From NCBI GenBank assembly GCA_964514655.1, contig CAZEQY010000001.1, positions 9,614-73,613 of the forward strand: a stretch of DNA of 64,000 nucleotides. The letters are read 5' to 3'. The position numbers and the translations under genes are program-made. Positions 8,371 to 17,379 of the stretch are shown here, piece by piece. The notes under the pieces are model-generated. The model was not told the DNA's origin, did not search any database, and saw only the letters and a program-made list of their open reading frames with translations. Every line of letters begins with the position of its first letter. The first letter of the stretch is position 1. The DNA is from an uncultured bacterium. Lineage in GTDB: Bacteria > Chlamydiota > Chlamydiia > Chlamydiales > FEN-1388.

Positions 8371-9534
8371 ATGAAGAATTGTATTTTAGCTTTACTATTA
8401 TACGTTACTAGCTTTGCACACGCCGATGTGTTAAAACAAATTTATAATTGTGAAGTTGATGGTAACCCTTGGGCACTTGTGCAGCTAGATACCGGAGAGT
8501 TCTTTGTTGTAAACAAAAGAAGTGGCCACATTACAAATGCTGCTCCATATGTCTTTGAAACCCTCGGCTCAATTGATGACTGGCAAATAGGCGACCATGT
8601 CACCTACGGCAGGCTTTCTAATGCGCGTGGAGGCTTTGGATGGAACTCCGGAGGCACCTATCCGGTTCTTAACAACCACAATACCCGTGACTATGTAGTT
8701 CTTAAGCATAAGTATGGGCGCGGCTGGGATGCCGATCATTTCTTAGAAGATAGCGTTCGCGAGGTATATGGCAATGAAGTGATCACCGAGGGACAGATGC
8801 GGCTTATCCTGCCAAACGCTGAAACTAGGTGGAATGCATGCGAAGAAAAGCGTTGGCAAGTAGGCGACCCACTTGTAATTTTTTCTTTTAACTCAGACCT
8901 TGCTACTACATCTACGATGATTCAGCCACATGCCATCATAAACCCAGCCAGGGATGATTTTGAAACAGAATTTGAAGCAACGCGAGCCTTTTTTCCTTTC
9001 AGGAGCACTCATACCTACACCGTATCTCAGATAAAGCGCAAAAATGACAAAACAATAATCACGCTAAGCGATGGAAGCATTTGGCAACGAGATGAATATC
9101 CAAAGAATTTGAAAGCCGGCGACGTTATTGTCCTCAGGCAGCATGATCACTACCGCTGGAGAGGAGCTACTCACCATTTTAGTAACTTTCTCAAATTTTC
9201 TGCCATTCGCGTAGATACTGGAGAAGAGATAGACCTTTTTGACCTAGGCAACAAAAAAAATCGCCCTCAAGGCCAAAGCTGCGAGCGCACTCGTCACAAT
9301 CGCGAGTTTTTAATCGGTGGTAACACCCTTATTACAGTTCCAGATGATGCGACATACCAAAAGGTACTTTCCTGGGGCAAAAATGCAAAAGTTACCATTG
9401 CCATGGCAAACCATGGCGAAGGGTATATTTTAGTAAATCTCACCTCGTATCAGCGCACCTTTTGGCCAAGCTACCCCTCGCAAGATCACTGGGTTGATAT
9501 CTATACTATCTGTTTTAGCTCTGATAATACCTGA
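8371..9534 (+). CDS. Hypothetical secreted protein with four ~88-aa internal repeats
   Basis: Signal peptide MKNCILALLLYVTSFAHA. Recurring unit ends WQIGDHVTY, WQVGDPLVIF, LKAGDVIVLR and WGKNAKVTIA at about 88-aa spacing. Confidence 0.6.
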   Translation: MKNCILALLLYVTSFAHADVLKQIYNCEVDGNPWALVQLDTGEFFVVNKRSGHITNAAPYVFETLGSIDDWQIGDHVTYGRLSNARGGFGWNSGGTYPVLNNHNTRDYVVLKHKYGRGWDADHFLEDSVREVYGNEVITEGQMRLILPNAETRWNACEEKRWQVGDPLVIFSFNSDLATTSTMIQPHAIINPARDDFETEFEATRAFFPFRSTHTYTVSQIKRKNDKTIITLSDGSIWQRDEYPKNLKAGDVIVLRQHDHYRWRGATHHFSNFLKFSAIRVDTGEEIDLFDLGNKKNRPQGQSCERTRHNREFLIGGNTLITVPDDATYQKVLSWGKNAKVTIAMANHGEGYILVNLTSYQRTFWPSYPSQDHWVDIYTICFSSDNT

Positions 9535-10268
9535 GCGAGAAATTTGTCTGTGTTTGGTCGATTGATATACACATCTTGTATGTACTCTTTAAAAACAGGG
9601 TCTTCTATGATTGCAATCTTGAAATTCCAGACTTTGGAGGCATCTATAGCGACTTGTTTCCCTTTTTCGCCTGCCGGCACCAATTTACACTGTTTAAGGA
9701 CTTCTCGTATCTGCTCGTCATAGGCACTAAGTTTTTCCATGCCATCTTCTAAAAACGTTAACGCTTTTGCTTGGGCCTCGTCATCGTTTTCATCCTTCAC
9801 AAGCACCTGAGTTACGACGCCATATTGCTGAAACTCTCTAAAGACCACGTCGTAAATATCTCGGGGGTTAACTGGAAATCCATCATCGCTAAGAGAATAG
9901 CTATACAGTGCTTTTTTCCAGATGAATCGGTGTTTATCTAGTGGACCATTCAGGACAACCACCTTAAATTGAGGGCGAAATGCGGCTAGATCTTCCCTCA
10001 GCCTTCTCATAATAGCGGCAGCATATGCCGGAAGCTCATCAGGATTGTCATGAGCCAATCTTTTAAGTCGCTCAAGTGCTTCAGGTGGAATGCGGCTGTA
10101 TTTGGCATCGCCAGCCCCCTCAAGAATCAGGATCCCCGTCGTCAGGCAATGAAGGCTGATCCTATGTACGTTTACCCATACTTCATCCTGGAGTCGGTTA
10201 TTTCCAAATTCATGTTCATACGCAGTAGATAATGCAGCATGTATCTGTGAGGCTTGAGGAGGATTCAT
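9501..10268 (-). CDS. Hypothetical cytoplasmic protein
   Basis: 255-aa ORF with no signal peptide and no motif I recognise. Its 3' end overlaps the convergent gene by 34 nt. Confidence 0.5.
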   Translation of the reverse strand: MNPPQASQIHAALSTAYEHEFGNNRLQDEVWVNVHRISLHCLTTGILILEGAGDAKYSRIPPEALERLKRLAHDNPDELPAYAAAIMRRLREDLAAFRPQFKVVVLNGPLDKHRFIWKKALYSYSLSDDGFPVNPRDIYDVVFREFQQYGVVTQVLVKDENDDEAQAKALTFLEDGMEKLSAYDEQIREVLKQCKLVPAGEKGKQVAIDASKVWNFKIAIIEDPVFKEYIQDVYINRPNTDKFLAQVLSELKQIV

Positions 10269-10355
10269 ATCTTATTTCCTTGTTCGTGCAGTACAGCATA
10301 AGAAACGAAAAATTTCCCTTCCAGAAAAAAGAGCATTCAGACTTTTTGGAAGCGG

Positions 10356-11342
10356 TTATACCAGTTTGCTGCAAAGCCCCTGATCACCTACCATCCAGAT
10401 AGTATTGTTGCGGGCTTTTATAGCATGATAGTCCTTTAAGCTGCCATCTACTGCTATTGCCTTGTTGTCATGGCCCCAGGCTACACCTGAAAGATATAGA
10501 CCAGAAAGGTTGCTATCTAGCGGCTGCCAAGAGTCGCCTCCATCGCATGTGAATATAGCATTTATGCCTGGTAGATTAGATCGTGTACTTGCTGAACCAC
10601 CTACTGCGACACCCACCCTATCATTAAGAAAGGAGATTGCATGAATGCCTGAATAGGGGTCATTTTTGACTGTAGTAATGGAAGACTCAACTACTTGCCA
10701 TGACAGGCCGCGATCTCGTGAAGAAAAGATGCGCGAGCAGCTTCCTCCTGTACCAAATATGATGCCATCTCGTCCACATACAGCAAGACTAGAGTTACTT
10801 GCAGCAAAACTGTATTCGCCATCTATCGCAGGTATATTGACAACTTGCGGATGCCAGCTAAGACCCTGATCATCTGTTCGGTAGAGTATATGAAAGCCGT
10901 TGACAGGATCGCTAATGGCAACTCCAGAGTGTTCATCCCAAAAGGCAACGCCATCAAAAAAAGTGCCGGCAATATCGACATTCAACACCCTCTGCCACGT
11001 ACTGCCTCCATCAACTGTGCGATAGATACAACCTGAACTTACAACAATAGCCCTTTTGGCATCAAATGCCCAGATGGAGCGAAAGTCAAGCTCCTCTGCC
11101 CCTAAAAGCTGAAAATCTGTCCAGCTAGCACCTCCATTTACCGTGCGAGACACCCGTCCATTTGTACCGCTCACCCAAACCACGCTATCATCTAGAACAA
11201 AAAGGCCGTGAAGATCGGGCTTACCTACTATCTCAAAACTCTCTAAACAATAGTCCTGCGCTCTTGATAGAGGAATAACGCGCGCGCTGTAGCCAGCTTC
11301 TTGAGCTCCTAACGGTGGGGATAAAGGGTCTATAGAATTCAT
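10356..11342 (-). CDS. BNR/Asp-box beta-propeller protein (Ycf48/HCF136-like)
   Basis: Five Asp-box (SxDxGxTW-like) repeats: NGGASWTD, DGGSTWQR, DQGLSWHP, DRGLSWQV and DGGDSWQP. Confidence 0.8.
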   Translation of the reverse strand: MNSIDPLSPPLGAQEAGYSARVIPLSRAQDYCLESFEIVGKPDLHGLFVLDDSVVWVSGTNGRVSRTVNGGASWTDFQLLGAEELDFRSIWAFDAKRAIVVSSGCIYRTVDGGSTWQRVLNVDIAGTFFDGVAFWDEHSGVAISDPVNGFHILYRTDDQGLSWHPQVVNIPAIDGEYSFAASNSSLAVCGRDGIIFGTGGSCSRIFSSRDRGLSWQVVESSITTVKNDPYSGIHAISFLNDRVGVAVGGSASTRSNLPGINAIFTCDGGDSWQPLDSNLSGLYLSGVAWGHDNKAIAVDGSLKDYHAIKARNNTIWMVGDQGLCSKLV

Positions 11343-12199
11343 AAACCTCCTAAGATAGATGCATAGATGTTTCTGACAATAGCTTCAGAGTAGTAGCCTG
11401 AGACCTGGGCTACAAATTTTCTGATGTCTACCGGCAGCTCTTGGTGATTGGCAAAGTCTGAAATGGTACGTATCACTACAAAAGGTATTTCATATTCATG
11501 ACATATTTGTGCAACACTTGCCCCTTCCATTTCTACACAGAGAGCATCCGGAAGGCGCTCTTTGAGCTCGCGCTTATGTTGCTCTTGAGAGACTACCTGA
11601 TCGCCTGTAAGGACAAGGCCCTTTACTACTTTTGGGGTAGTGAGGCGATATTCACTCAAAATAGCCTCCGGAACCACTTTTTGAATTTGGCCTTGCGCAA
11701 ATTTTTGGGCTGCCTGATAGGCAAAAAATTCTAAAGTTGGATCCGGCGTAAGGGCTCTTATACGTAGTAAAGGAAGCTCATACTTTGGGCAAAAAGGCTC
11801 TGCATTAACATCGTGCTGCATAAGCTGATTCCCAATCACTATATCGCCAATGCCAAGCGATTGATCAACCGCTCCTGCAACGCCTGTGAAGAGCACAAGA
11901 TCTACCTTATATTCTGCAATAAGATGGGCAACGCTTGCACTAGAGGCTACCTTTCCAATGCGCGCGGCTACTAGCACGGTATCTATGCCAAAAAGCTTTC
12001 CGCGATAAAACACCCGCTTGCCTCTTTCTTCAGAAATAGGCTCTTGCATACTCTCTACAAGCCTTCCCATCTCACCAGGCACTGCACTAATAAGTCCAAC
12101 AGTTATAGGTTTGCCGCTTACAAAAAGCTCTTTTGCACTTTGTGCAAATAGCGCCTGCAGTGAACATAAGCAGCAAAAGAAAAAAATAAGACACTTCAT
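11339..12199 (-). CDS. mtnN: 5'-methylthioadenosine/S-adenosylhomocysteine nucleosidase (PNP/UDP-1 family) with an N-terminal signal peptide
   Basis: GLISAVPGE...FTGVAGA...VEMEGASVAQICHEYEIPFVVIRTISDFA is the MTAN signature. Signal peptide MKCLIFFFCCLCSLQALFAQ. Its stop overlaps the next gene's start (ATGA). Confidence 0.8.
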   Translation of the reverse strand: MKCLIFFFCCLCSLQALFAQSAKELFVSGKPITVGLISAVPGEMGRLVESMQEPISEERGKRVFYRGKLFGIDTVLVAARIGKVASSASVAHLIAEYKVDLVLFTGVAGAVDQSLGIGDIVIGNQLMQHDVNAEPFCPKYELPLLRIRALTPDPTLEFFAYQAAQKFAQGQIQKVVPEAILSEYRLTTPKVVKGLVLTGDQVVSQEQHKRELKERLPDALCVEMEGASVAQICHEYEIPFVVIRTISDFANHQELPVDIRKFVAQVSGYYSEAIVRNIYASILGGL

Positions 12200-12320
12200 A
12201 CGGGCTCCTAAAAGCTCTTAATTCTACGTAATGAGTTGGTTGCCAGCAATAAATTTTATGTCGTCTTAAAAAAAGGATATTGTTATACCTGTGCTAACAG
12301 TTTGTAAAAAAGGAGTTTTT

Positions 12321-12614
12321 ATGAAGAAAATATTGATTGCGACAGTGCTGATGATGATCTCGTTAGGGTCTATATCAGCTCGAAACATGACGCTGCCAGA
12401 AGCACAGAAAAGGCAGTTCAATCTAAAGCATCATGAAAAGCAGATTACTGCCTATCATGCCAAGATGGGAAAAAATGCTTCAAAAGAAGTTCACAGCGTA
12501 GTTGAAGGCATGAAAACCGGAAGCTATATGTATGATCTTGAGACAGCGCGCAAGGTTATGCGTGAAGTCTATGGACATCGCATGGCTCGTACAGCAAAAA
12601 ATATAAAGCAATAA
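12321..12614 (+). CDS. Small secreted protein, probably co-transcribed with the downstream beta-helix gene
   Basis: ATG at 12321 is preceded by AAGGAG. Signal peptide MKKILIATVLMMISLGSISA. It ends 9 nt before the next start. Confidence 0.5.
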   Translation: MKKILIATVLMMISLGSISARNMTLPEAQKRQFNLKHHEKQITAYHAKMGKNASKEVHSVVEGMKTGSYMYDLETARKVMREVYGHRMARTAKNIKQ

Positions 12615-12623
12615 GGAGCATCC

Positions 12624-14768
12624 ATGAAACTAAAGAACTTTGCATCATTTTTTATAGCTCTCTTTGTTGCAAGCCAGCTTTTTGCGGCAAAAAGCAGCGA
12701 CTCATCAGATGATAGCTGCTGCAAAAAGACAAAAAAATTGGTTAAACAAATTAGCCAGACAACGCAGCAAGATTTGCTTGTTGACGAGACAACGCTTTCT
12801 CTAGTCAACCAGATTAACCAAGTTACAAGAAGCGACCTAGCTGTCGATCTAGAAACGCTAGATATTGTCACACATCTTGTTGACTGCAGCTGCACCTGCA
12901 TCGTCATAAAACCAGAAGATTTTATGGATGATGAGGGCAATCTTACAGTCACATATGCGATTACCGAACCTGGTAACTACTGCCTTGGAGCAAATGTTGC
13001 CTTCTCACCTCAGGATGAATTTACTCCGGCAATCGTTATTCTTACTGACAATGTTCGCCTAGACTTAAGAGGCTTTACGCTCAGCCAGGCAAATGATACT
13101 CCAAACGCCTACGGCGTACAGATTGGAGAAGGGTATAATTACATAGATCCAAACGATGTACTTGATAACATCTCAGTATTCAATGGAACCATTAGGGATT
13201 TCAGTGCAATTGGCGTTTTTTGCTATAACGCAAGCTTTGATGATGAGTCATTTGATCAAGTCGCCTTCCAAGATCTTTCTTTTGCTGATTTGAATATTCT
13301 TGAATGCGGATCATCGCCATCCTTTGATTTTGCGTCAGGAATTGACCTCGACTCTTCAGCAGGACTTGATCCAACAAGTAGAGACCTACCGGTAGCCTAT
13401 AGAAACGTTACGGTCAATAACTGCAACGTAAATAACTGCATCGGCAACGGCGCGTTACAATTCTATACCGTAGATAATCTCGTACTAAAAAATACCCAAG
13501 CAAATAATTTAACAACTGAAGTAGATATCTTCGGCACTTTTGCTCATGCCTATTTTGGAAGAAATATCCAGATGTTTGACTGCCAAGGCAATGGCACAGG
13601 CGATTTTGACCCAAGTCCTTCCCTCTCGCAAGCTGGCGGACTTAGGCTTGAAACATCTGCCAACATCTATGTTGCTAACTGCCAGTTCAACGATACATAT
13701 GGCGAGGCGGGTTTTATCGTACAAGGAGCAAATCTAGGAGAAAACTACAATGCTGTTTATGAGAATTGCCAATTTAACAATACAGTCGGCGGTCCATTAG
13801 TTGCGTTCTTTGTTTCAGGAGCGCACGCTTCTTCAGGGGGAGATACATTTCAGGCAAATGGGCTGAAGTTTATCAATTGCCAATTCAACGGAACACGTAA
13901 TAACACAACGGACGAATCTAGTATTTTTGCTGGACTTATGCAATGCTGTGGATTTCAAACAAGAGTCGATCGAAACTTAACATTTGAAAACTGTCAGGCA
14001 TGTAATATCCAGTCTGATTCACCTCTTGTTACCACGGTGGCCGGATTTGAAATCATAAACTTTAATTTCGACCATGCTCCTGAATTTGGTGATGTTCGCA
14101 ACGTCACATTTTCAAATTGTATAGCAAGCGACATAACCGGTGTACATGAAGCTATAGGTTATGACTTTAGGGCTGCTAATGCCTCTCTTACGGAAGATCA
14201 GTCAGTTATGACAAACATAGTGCTGCAAGATTGTATCATAGAGCGTATCCAAGGCGGCTCAGATAGTGCTATTATTGCCGGCATTTCGGGCGCGCTTCTT
14301 GATACATCATCAATTGCCGACCCGGCCCCTTTTTCACAAAATAATGACTACCTCATTAGAGGCTGTCGCATTTCCGATGTGCATAGTACAAGTGAAGATA
14401 TTAGCCCCTTATCTGCCGGAATACTACTCCAATCGGTTAGTCGGCCGGTGCTGCAGCAAAATAGCGTGAGCGACTGTGACCGGGGTATTTTGTTTACGGG
14501 CATAGATGAAAACCCTCCTGGTTTTAGCGATCTTGGGATGATCCAAGAAAATGAAGTAGATAACTGCCTTATCTCTTGCTACCAAGATGATGCTCCAACG
14601 ACAACAAGTGCCTGGGTAAATAACACGGCATTTAACTGCGGAGAGATGCCATCACAATTTACAAACTACAACATCAACTTTGCAGGAACACGCCCTGTTG
14701 ATGCCGGTACCCTATCTGCCTACCCTGTAGGTGGAAACAAGTACTATAACCTCTCGTTAATTCCCTAA
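12624..14768 (+). CDS. Secreted right-handed parallel beta-helix repeat protein (family member C)
   Basis: AAGGAG RBS. Signal peptide MKLKNFASFFIALFVASQLFA. Cys clusters SCC and CSCTC. The entry block ITEPGNYCL...AIVILTDNVRLDLRGFTLS is colinear with the 28658 and 30328 paralogues. Long N/G/F/C-rich ~25-aa repeats (NCQFN, NCNVNNC). Confidence 0.8.
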   Translation: MKLKNFASFFIALFVASQLFAAKSSDSSDDSCCKKTKKLVKQISQTTQQDLLVDETTLSLVNQINQVTRSDLAVDLETLDIVTHLVDCSCTCIVIKPEDFMDDEGNLTVTYAITEPGNYCLGANVAFSPQDEFTPAIVILTDNVRLDLRGFTLSQANDTPNAYGVQIGEGYNYIDPNDVLDNISVFNGTIRDFSAIGVFCYNASFDDESFDQVAFQDLSFADLNILECGSSPSFDFASGIDLDSSAGLDPTSRDLPVAYRNVTVNNCNVNNCIGNGALQFYTVDNLVLKNTQANNLTTEVDIFGTFAHAYFGRNIQMFDCQGNGTGDFDPSPSLSQAGGLRLETSANIYVANCQFNDTYGEAGFIVQGANLGENYNAVYENCQFNNTVGGPLVAFFVSGAHASSGGDTFQANGLKFINCQFNGTRNNTTDESSIFAGLMQCCGFQTRVDRNLTFENCQACNIQSDSPLVTTVAGFEIINFNFDHAPEFGDVRNVTFSNCIASDITGVHEAIGYDFRAANASLTEDQSVMTNIVLQDCIIERIQGGSDSAIIAGISGALLDTSSIADPAPFSQNNDYLIRGCRISDVHSTSEDISPLSAGILLQSVSRPVLQQNSVSDCDRGILFTGIDENPPGFSDLGMIQENEVDNCLISCYQDDAPTTTSAWVNNTAFNCGEMPSQFTNYNINFAGTRPVDAGTLSAYPVGGNKYYNLSLIP

Positions 14769-14782
14769 GCTCACGCTTCCGA

Positions 14783-14809
14783 GGCAGGATGTTCCATCCT
14801 GCCTTTTTT
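14783..14809 (+). terminator. Rho-independent terminator after the beta-helix gene
   Basis: GGCAGGAT-gttcc-ATCCTGCC followed by TTTTTT, 15 nt after the stop codon. Confidence 0.7.
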
Positions 14810-14823
14810 CTTACAGTGAAAAG

Positions 14824-14863
14824 TGAAAGAGGCCGGATACCGTTTCATGTGCGATTTGCTCGG
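14824..14863 (+). repeat. Solo copy of the gene-start end of the transposase-associated element (REP-like)
   Basis: TGAAAGAGGCCGGATACCGtttcaTGTGCGATTTGCTC aligns with the reverse complement of 16410-16447 (TGAAAGGGGCCGGATACTGcgactCGTGCGATTTGTGC). Confidence 0.6.
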
Positions 14864-14972
14864 ATTAACAAAAAACTGCTTAAAGGCATCTGTGAAACTG
14901 TGATCACGTCTTCCTTATTCGCTTGCTATCCAGTGGCCACGCTTCTCTATTTGTTCCACTAAAAAATCTTGG

Positions 14973-15941
14973 TTAATGCGTTTGAGCATAGGCAAGGATC
15001 GGGATTTCATAGGAGCGATTGCATATCTTGGCTGCTTGGATCGCTAGCTTTATTTCGTTAATGTAGAGATTGGCATAGGGACCTTTAAATACGCCGCCGT
15101 GAAGATCAAGCTGATATTGAGTAAGGCCTGCTTGCTGTTCTAGGCCCAAAATAAGAGTCTGCAGGGCAGCTGCTGCTTCTTTTAAAATGCGCAACGCTTG
15201 TCTGTTTTGCTTGTTCGCTTCTTCAAAAACCACAGGGGATAATAGGGCAAATTCTGCAGGGGGTATCTCTTTTAAGCGGCTAATAAGCGTTCGCATTTCA
15301 TCTACACGAAAGACATCCGGCACCTCGGCAGCCTTAATAGCGCGTTTTAGCTCTGTAATATCTGAGTCTACCACTCGCTCGGCATCAGTTGCCTTGCGAT
15401 TTTCTTCAGCTGCAATGGCAGCAATGAGCGCAAGACCAATTTTATGTGCGCTTCCCTCATCGCCAAGAATAGGTCCAAGACCTCCTTCGCGAAAGGTTCT
15501 CTCTCCCCTTCGTGCTAAAGCAATAGATCCTGTGCCCGAAATAAGAGCGATGCCATCTCCTGGAAGTAGCTTTAGGGCAATTTCTGCATCCGTCATAAGT
15601 TGGATGTTCTTCTGAGGAATGCCAAACTCCATAAAGAGACGCTCCACCTTTTCCTTGGTTTGAGGAACAGCAACGCCTGCCATCCCTGCCACAATGCGGC
15701 AGCGGGGGAGGACCTCTGTAAGCTTTCTTCCTGTTGCCTTTAGTATAACCCCATTAAAAAGAGCCTGCAGCGTCTTGCGCACCGTCTCTTCGCCTACTGA
15801 GTTGATGTTTGAAGAGGGGGCCTGCACCTCTGATAGATCCATGCCCTCTTTTGTCACCGCAATACGCTCTTTTGCTTCGTCAAGAAGCCACATGAGGGTT
15901 TTAGAGCCTCCGCCATCAATACAGATAGTAATTTCTGTCAT
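14973..15941 (-). CDS. BadF/BadG/BcrA/BcrD-type ATPase, N-acetylglucosamine-kinase-like
   Basis: ICIDGGGSKT (phosphate 1), ALISGTGSIA, and GGLGPILGDEGSAHKIG, typical of NagK/BadF sugar kinases. Confidence 0.75.
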   Translation of the reverse strand: MTEITICIDGGGSKTLMWLLDEAKERIAVTKEGMDLSEVQAPSSNINSVGEETVRKTLQALFNGVILKATGRKLTEVLPRCRIVAGMAGVAVPQTKEKVERLFMEFGIPQKNIQLMTDAEIALKLLPGDGIALISGTGSIALARRGERTFREGGLGPILGDEGSAHKIGLALIAAIAAEENRKATDAERVVDSDITELKRAIKAAEVPDVFRVDEMRTLISRLKEIPPAEFALLSPVVFEEANKQNRQALRILKEAAAALQTLILGLEQQAGLTQYQLDLHGGVFKGPYANLYINEIKLAIQAAKICNRSYEIPILAYAQTH

Positions 15942-16134
15942 TAGAATCTCCTTATTTATTTTTCCCGAGCGCAGGTCATAGATACGTATTTCATTGCTCC
16001 AAAGAGCAGTCGAATCTTTAGAGGCCCATTTTTAAGACAATCAAAATATAGAGAGTGCTGCGAAATGTCAACTACTTCTCGTGGCTGTACATTTCAAAAC
16101 AAAAGATGGAGCTTTCGCCTCTCTATTTTCAAGA

Positions 16135-16447
16135 TGAAAGGGGCCGGATTTTGCAACCCTTTTGAAAGCTGGGCAGCTCTAGCTAGAACTGCTCGTGCAC
16201 TCATAACATTTCGTTGTTTATTTTCACTGATTAACTGTTCAGCTGTATATGTAAATCGAGCGCACACCAAGTTGATGAGCATATCGTGTCGCAAATCGAT
16301 GTACGCCGCTCGCCAAACTACAGTCTAATGGCTCTAACAGCAAATGAATATGATTGTCATCAAGCAAAAAGCATGAATTCGGAACGCATGTTGGGGTTGT
16401 ATAAAGTAAGCACAAATCGCACGAGTCGCAGTATCCGGCCCCTTTCA
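16135..16447 (-). mobile_element. Decayed IS200-like/RAYT-type Y1 transposase element with 20-bp terminal inverted repeats and an internally deleted, frameshifted gene
   Basis: The ends are TGAAAGGGGCCGGATTTTGC (16135-16154) and the reverse complement of 16428-16447, TGAAAGGGGCCGGATACTGC (18/20 identical). Minus-strand fragments are ...CFLLDDNHIHLLLEP (a Y1 HUH-like NHxH motif) and ...ISENKQRNVMSARAVLARAAQLSKG (start of a DnaA-C-like HTH). Confidence 0.65.
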
Positions 16448-16448
16448 C

Positions 16449-17327
16449 TCAAGGCAAAATAAACACTTTGTCCATGGGCAGTCTTCCAAACCGAGTGCCA
16501 TGCATATTTGAATAGTTATTAGGTAAATGATAGACCCATGTACAGACTGGTGCAATACCTGTTTTGGCATCGATGGGCACTACGTAGCGTACCTTCCAGG
16601 GCTTCGGAATATTTTCAAAACAAAGCCCCATTGCAGCTCTTTCTTGAATGCCCCAAGTTGATACGTGTCTACTGTCATATTGACTAAAAGAGTGCGACTG
16701 TACATATTCCTCAGCAAGTTCTTGATCAAGAATAAACCCTGCCATGTATGGATTGTCTACAGTTGTAATTAGTTGATCATCTAAAAGCATGTGATGCTGT
16801 TCAGAGACTGAAGTAGGAGACCAGTTATCAGTATTTACAAATTCTTGTGTTTCATCACGAAATTCTACCCGCAAAAAAGAGGGCAAAAGGCCGTAGGGGC
16901 GAAGAATTTCTCGATATTCAAGAAAGTAGCAAAAATTTTGCCAGCTAAGCTCCATATCGTCTTCGAGATAGATAAAGTGGGTATGTTCGCTTTGTAAAAA
17001 TTCGTCCTTAATTATTTCTTTGTGGCACCAGGTAAGTGCCAATGGATCAGCTAAATGCGGATAGGTTCTTATGTCTATTGGAGTTGTAGAGCAAGCGTTA
17101 CGTAGCATCTCATGCTTTTCATCATCTTCTGTATTTGTCACAATAATAACTTTAATCTTAGGAAATTTGCTAAGCGCTGCCACAACTTGCGATAGGTACT
17201 TTAGCCTTGCAGAGTTGTAATGAGCCGTTATTGCCACGAGAACATCAGTCTTACTTGGCTCTATGCCATATAAATTCGATGCAATAAACGAGAGTGTGAG
17301 AAAAATGAGGTTGTGTATTTTTTGCAT
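16449..17327 (-). CDS. Hypothetical secreted or anchored protein with a GT-A-like DXD motif (possible glycosyltransferase)
   Basis: N-terminal hydrophobic segment MQKIHNLIFLTLSFIASNLYG. VLVAITAHYNSARLKYLSQVVAALSKF-PKIKVIIVTN, then FIYLEDDME (DXD-like). Its stop codon lies 1 nt from the element end at 16447. Confidence 0.55.
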   Translation of the reverse strand: MQKIHNLIFLTLSFIASNLYGIEPSKTDVLVAITAHYNSARLKYLSQVVAALSKFPKIKVIIVTNTEDDEKHEMLRNACSTTPIDIRTYPHLADPLALTWCHKEIIKDEFLQSEHTHFIYLEDDMELSWQNFCYFLEYREILRPYGLLPSFLRVEFRDETQEFVNTDNWSPTSVSEQHHMLLDDQLITTVDNPYMAGFILDQELAEEYVQSHSFSQYDSRHVSTWGIQERAAMGLCFENIPKPWKVRYVVPIDAKTGIAPVCTWVYHLPNNYSNMHGTRFGRLPMDKVFILP

Positions 17328-17379
17328 GATTTGCCTTTTTTGCCTTTTTGGTCACGATCATACGCTAACTGAAAATTAT

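Noticed and set aside
15187-15615. 142-aa ORF antisense to the BadF/NagK-like gene
   Set aside because: It is an Ala/Ser/Arg-rich, low-complexity shadow of a well-supported gene on the opposite strand. The same reasoning applies to 32572..32967 (antisense to recJ), 50507..50911 (pgk), 63008..63544 (rho), 12569..12952, 18064..18441 and 37106..37483.
16065-16328. 87-aa plus-strand ORF, and likewise the 101-aa ORF at 17379..17684
   Set aside because: Both lie antisense to the transposase fragments. Their shared peptide FESWAALARTARALITFRCLFSL is simply the reverse reading of the conserved HTH-coding block, so they are not independent genes.
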